Positions 62,870-64,000 of a DNA stretch of 64,000 nucleotides are shown here, piece by piece. This stretch comes from Vicugna vicugna (lineage: Eukaryota), in NCBI GenBank assembly GCA_013265495.1, contig MU058213.1, forward strand, positions 3,224,001-3,288,000, read 5' to 3'. Position 1 is the first letter of the stretch; the number at the start of each line of letters is the position of its first letter. Position numbers and translations under genes: made by a program. The notes beneath the pieces are model-generated. The model did not search any database, was not told the DNA's origin, and was given only the letters and a program-made list of their open reading frames with translations.

Positions 62870-64000
62870 GTGGAGACCCAGGTTCTCCTACTCCGTGTCC
62901 GTGGTCTGGACACCTGTTTGTGCAGTGCCCCAACGGGAAGTTTTAACGACTTGACTCTTCAAGAAAGAGCGATGCGGAATGAATACAAAAAAGGAGGGTG
63001 GGTGGAAGCAGTGAGACGCCTGGACTTGATGTAGACGTTAAATTTTAGGAAAAGCACCTCCCCACCCAGAAGGTGATTGTAGATTGGATTTGGTCACTGA
63101 TTACACATCAGTCATTTAGGCTGTGTGACCTGAGGCAACTTGGGTAACCTCTCTGAGTCTCAGATTTGTGATCTTTCCATCTCTGAGGTCCCGTCTAGCT
63201 CTGATATTCTTTGGCTTACTTTTATGCCACTGTTCTCCCTTTTTGTTGTTAAGGGTTCCAGTTTTCCTACTAAAGAGAATCTGTAGATGCAAACCAGTCT
63301 TCAGTCAGGTGAGACATTATTTTAAAGCTAGAGTCACTGAGAAGACTCTTTAATCATATGAGAACTTAGAACTAACCACAAATAGGAATCTCCTAACGGA
63401 GATAAGACCCATAGAACTCATTCACTTGCGCACATAATGTCAGAGAGAACAGATGTAAACAGGAGGCCAATGTACAGTCTTAAAGACTGCGTAACACATA
63501 AGCACCACAGCAGCAGCAGCAGCTTTAAAACACAGGATATGGTGTGGCCAGGGGACAAATGTTATCCTTTCTCTTATAAGTTTGGGGGGAAATTCCTGAT
63601 TAGAAGATTCAGAGTAGGATAGGCTGGGGAAATTTTACAGGAGGTGCATCTTAGGAGAAGCCTCCCACCACCACCTCATCCCCCAACTAGACTGTAAGCT
63701 CCATGCAGGCAGGAATTTTACCCAGTCCACTACTGCATCCTTTGGTACTGAACAACGACTGGCAAGAATTCAAACAATTTTGTTGTTGAGTGAATGCGTG
63801 AATAACAGCAGACTGGGAGTGGCCCTGGATCAACTAAATTGACAGGGCTTTGGTACGTCTGATAAACTCATGCTAAGTATTGGATCTTACCCTCTACCGC
63901 ACAGGGTTATTGAGAGAAGATGTGAAAGCACTTTGAAAATATCAGTCAATATGGAAATAGAGTTTTTATTATATGGTCCTTAGTGCAAAGAAAGTGGTTG

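Larger units (their letters stand above)
61400..62990. promoter_or_regulatory. PYGO1: CpG island / promoter of PYGO1
   Basis: ~1.6 kb of extreme GC/CpG density with GC boxes and (GCC)n runs around the first exon. Confidence 0.92.

Noticed and set aside
61475..62946. Several long overlapping ORFs (up to 369 aa) on both strands
   Set aside because: Low-complexity Arg/Pro/Gly/Ala translations expected from stop-poor CpG-island DNA; only the 49-nt exon pieces resemble PYGO1

Overview
Mammalian genomic DNA, probably camelid (alpaca/camel-type) judging by a recurrent tRNA-derived SINE. It holds two minus-strand genes. (1) DNAAF4/DYX1C1: eight coding exons from the ATG at 32660 down to 239 (123+148+134+232+146+110+154+106 = 1153 nt, all GT-AG and phase-consistent). 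The last exon lies beyond the window start. (2) PYGO1: complete 419-aa CDS in three exons (61841-61889, 46997-47082, 44890-46014), with a CpG-island promoter and a probably ~7-kb 3' UTR. The rest is intronic or intergenic DNA full of L1, L2, MIR, MaLR LTR, DNA-transposon and SINE relics, plus a 1000-N assembly gap. I see no wholly new biological system. The most notable unannotated signals are a near full-length fossil mariner transposon in the putative PYGO1 3' UTR, a uORF whose stop overlaps the PYGO1 start codon (TAATG), a distal PYGO1 first-exon homologue with AAG in place of ATG, and candidate L1 3' transductions and micro-insertions. Repeat family names and cross-species comparisons are from recall and need a Dfam/BLAST check.
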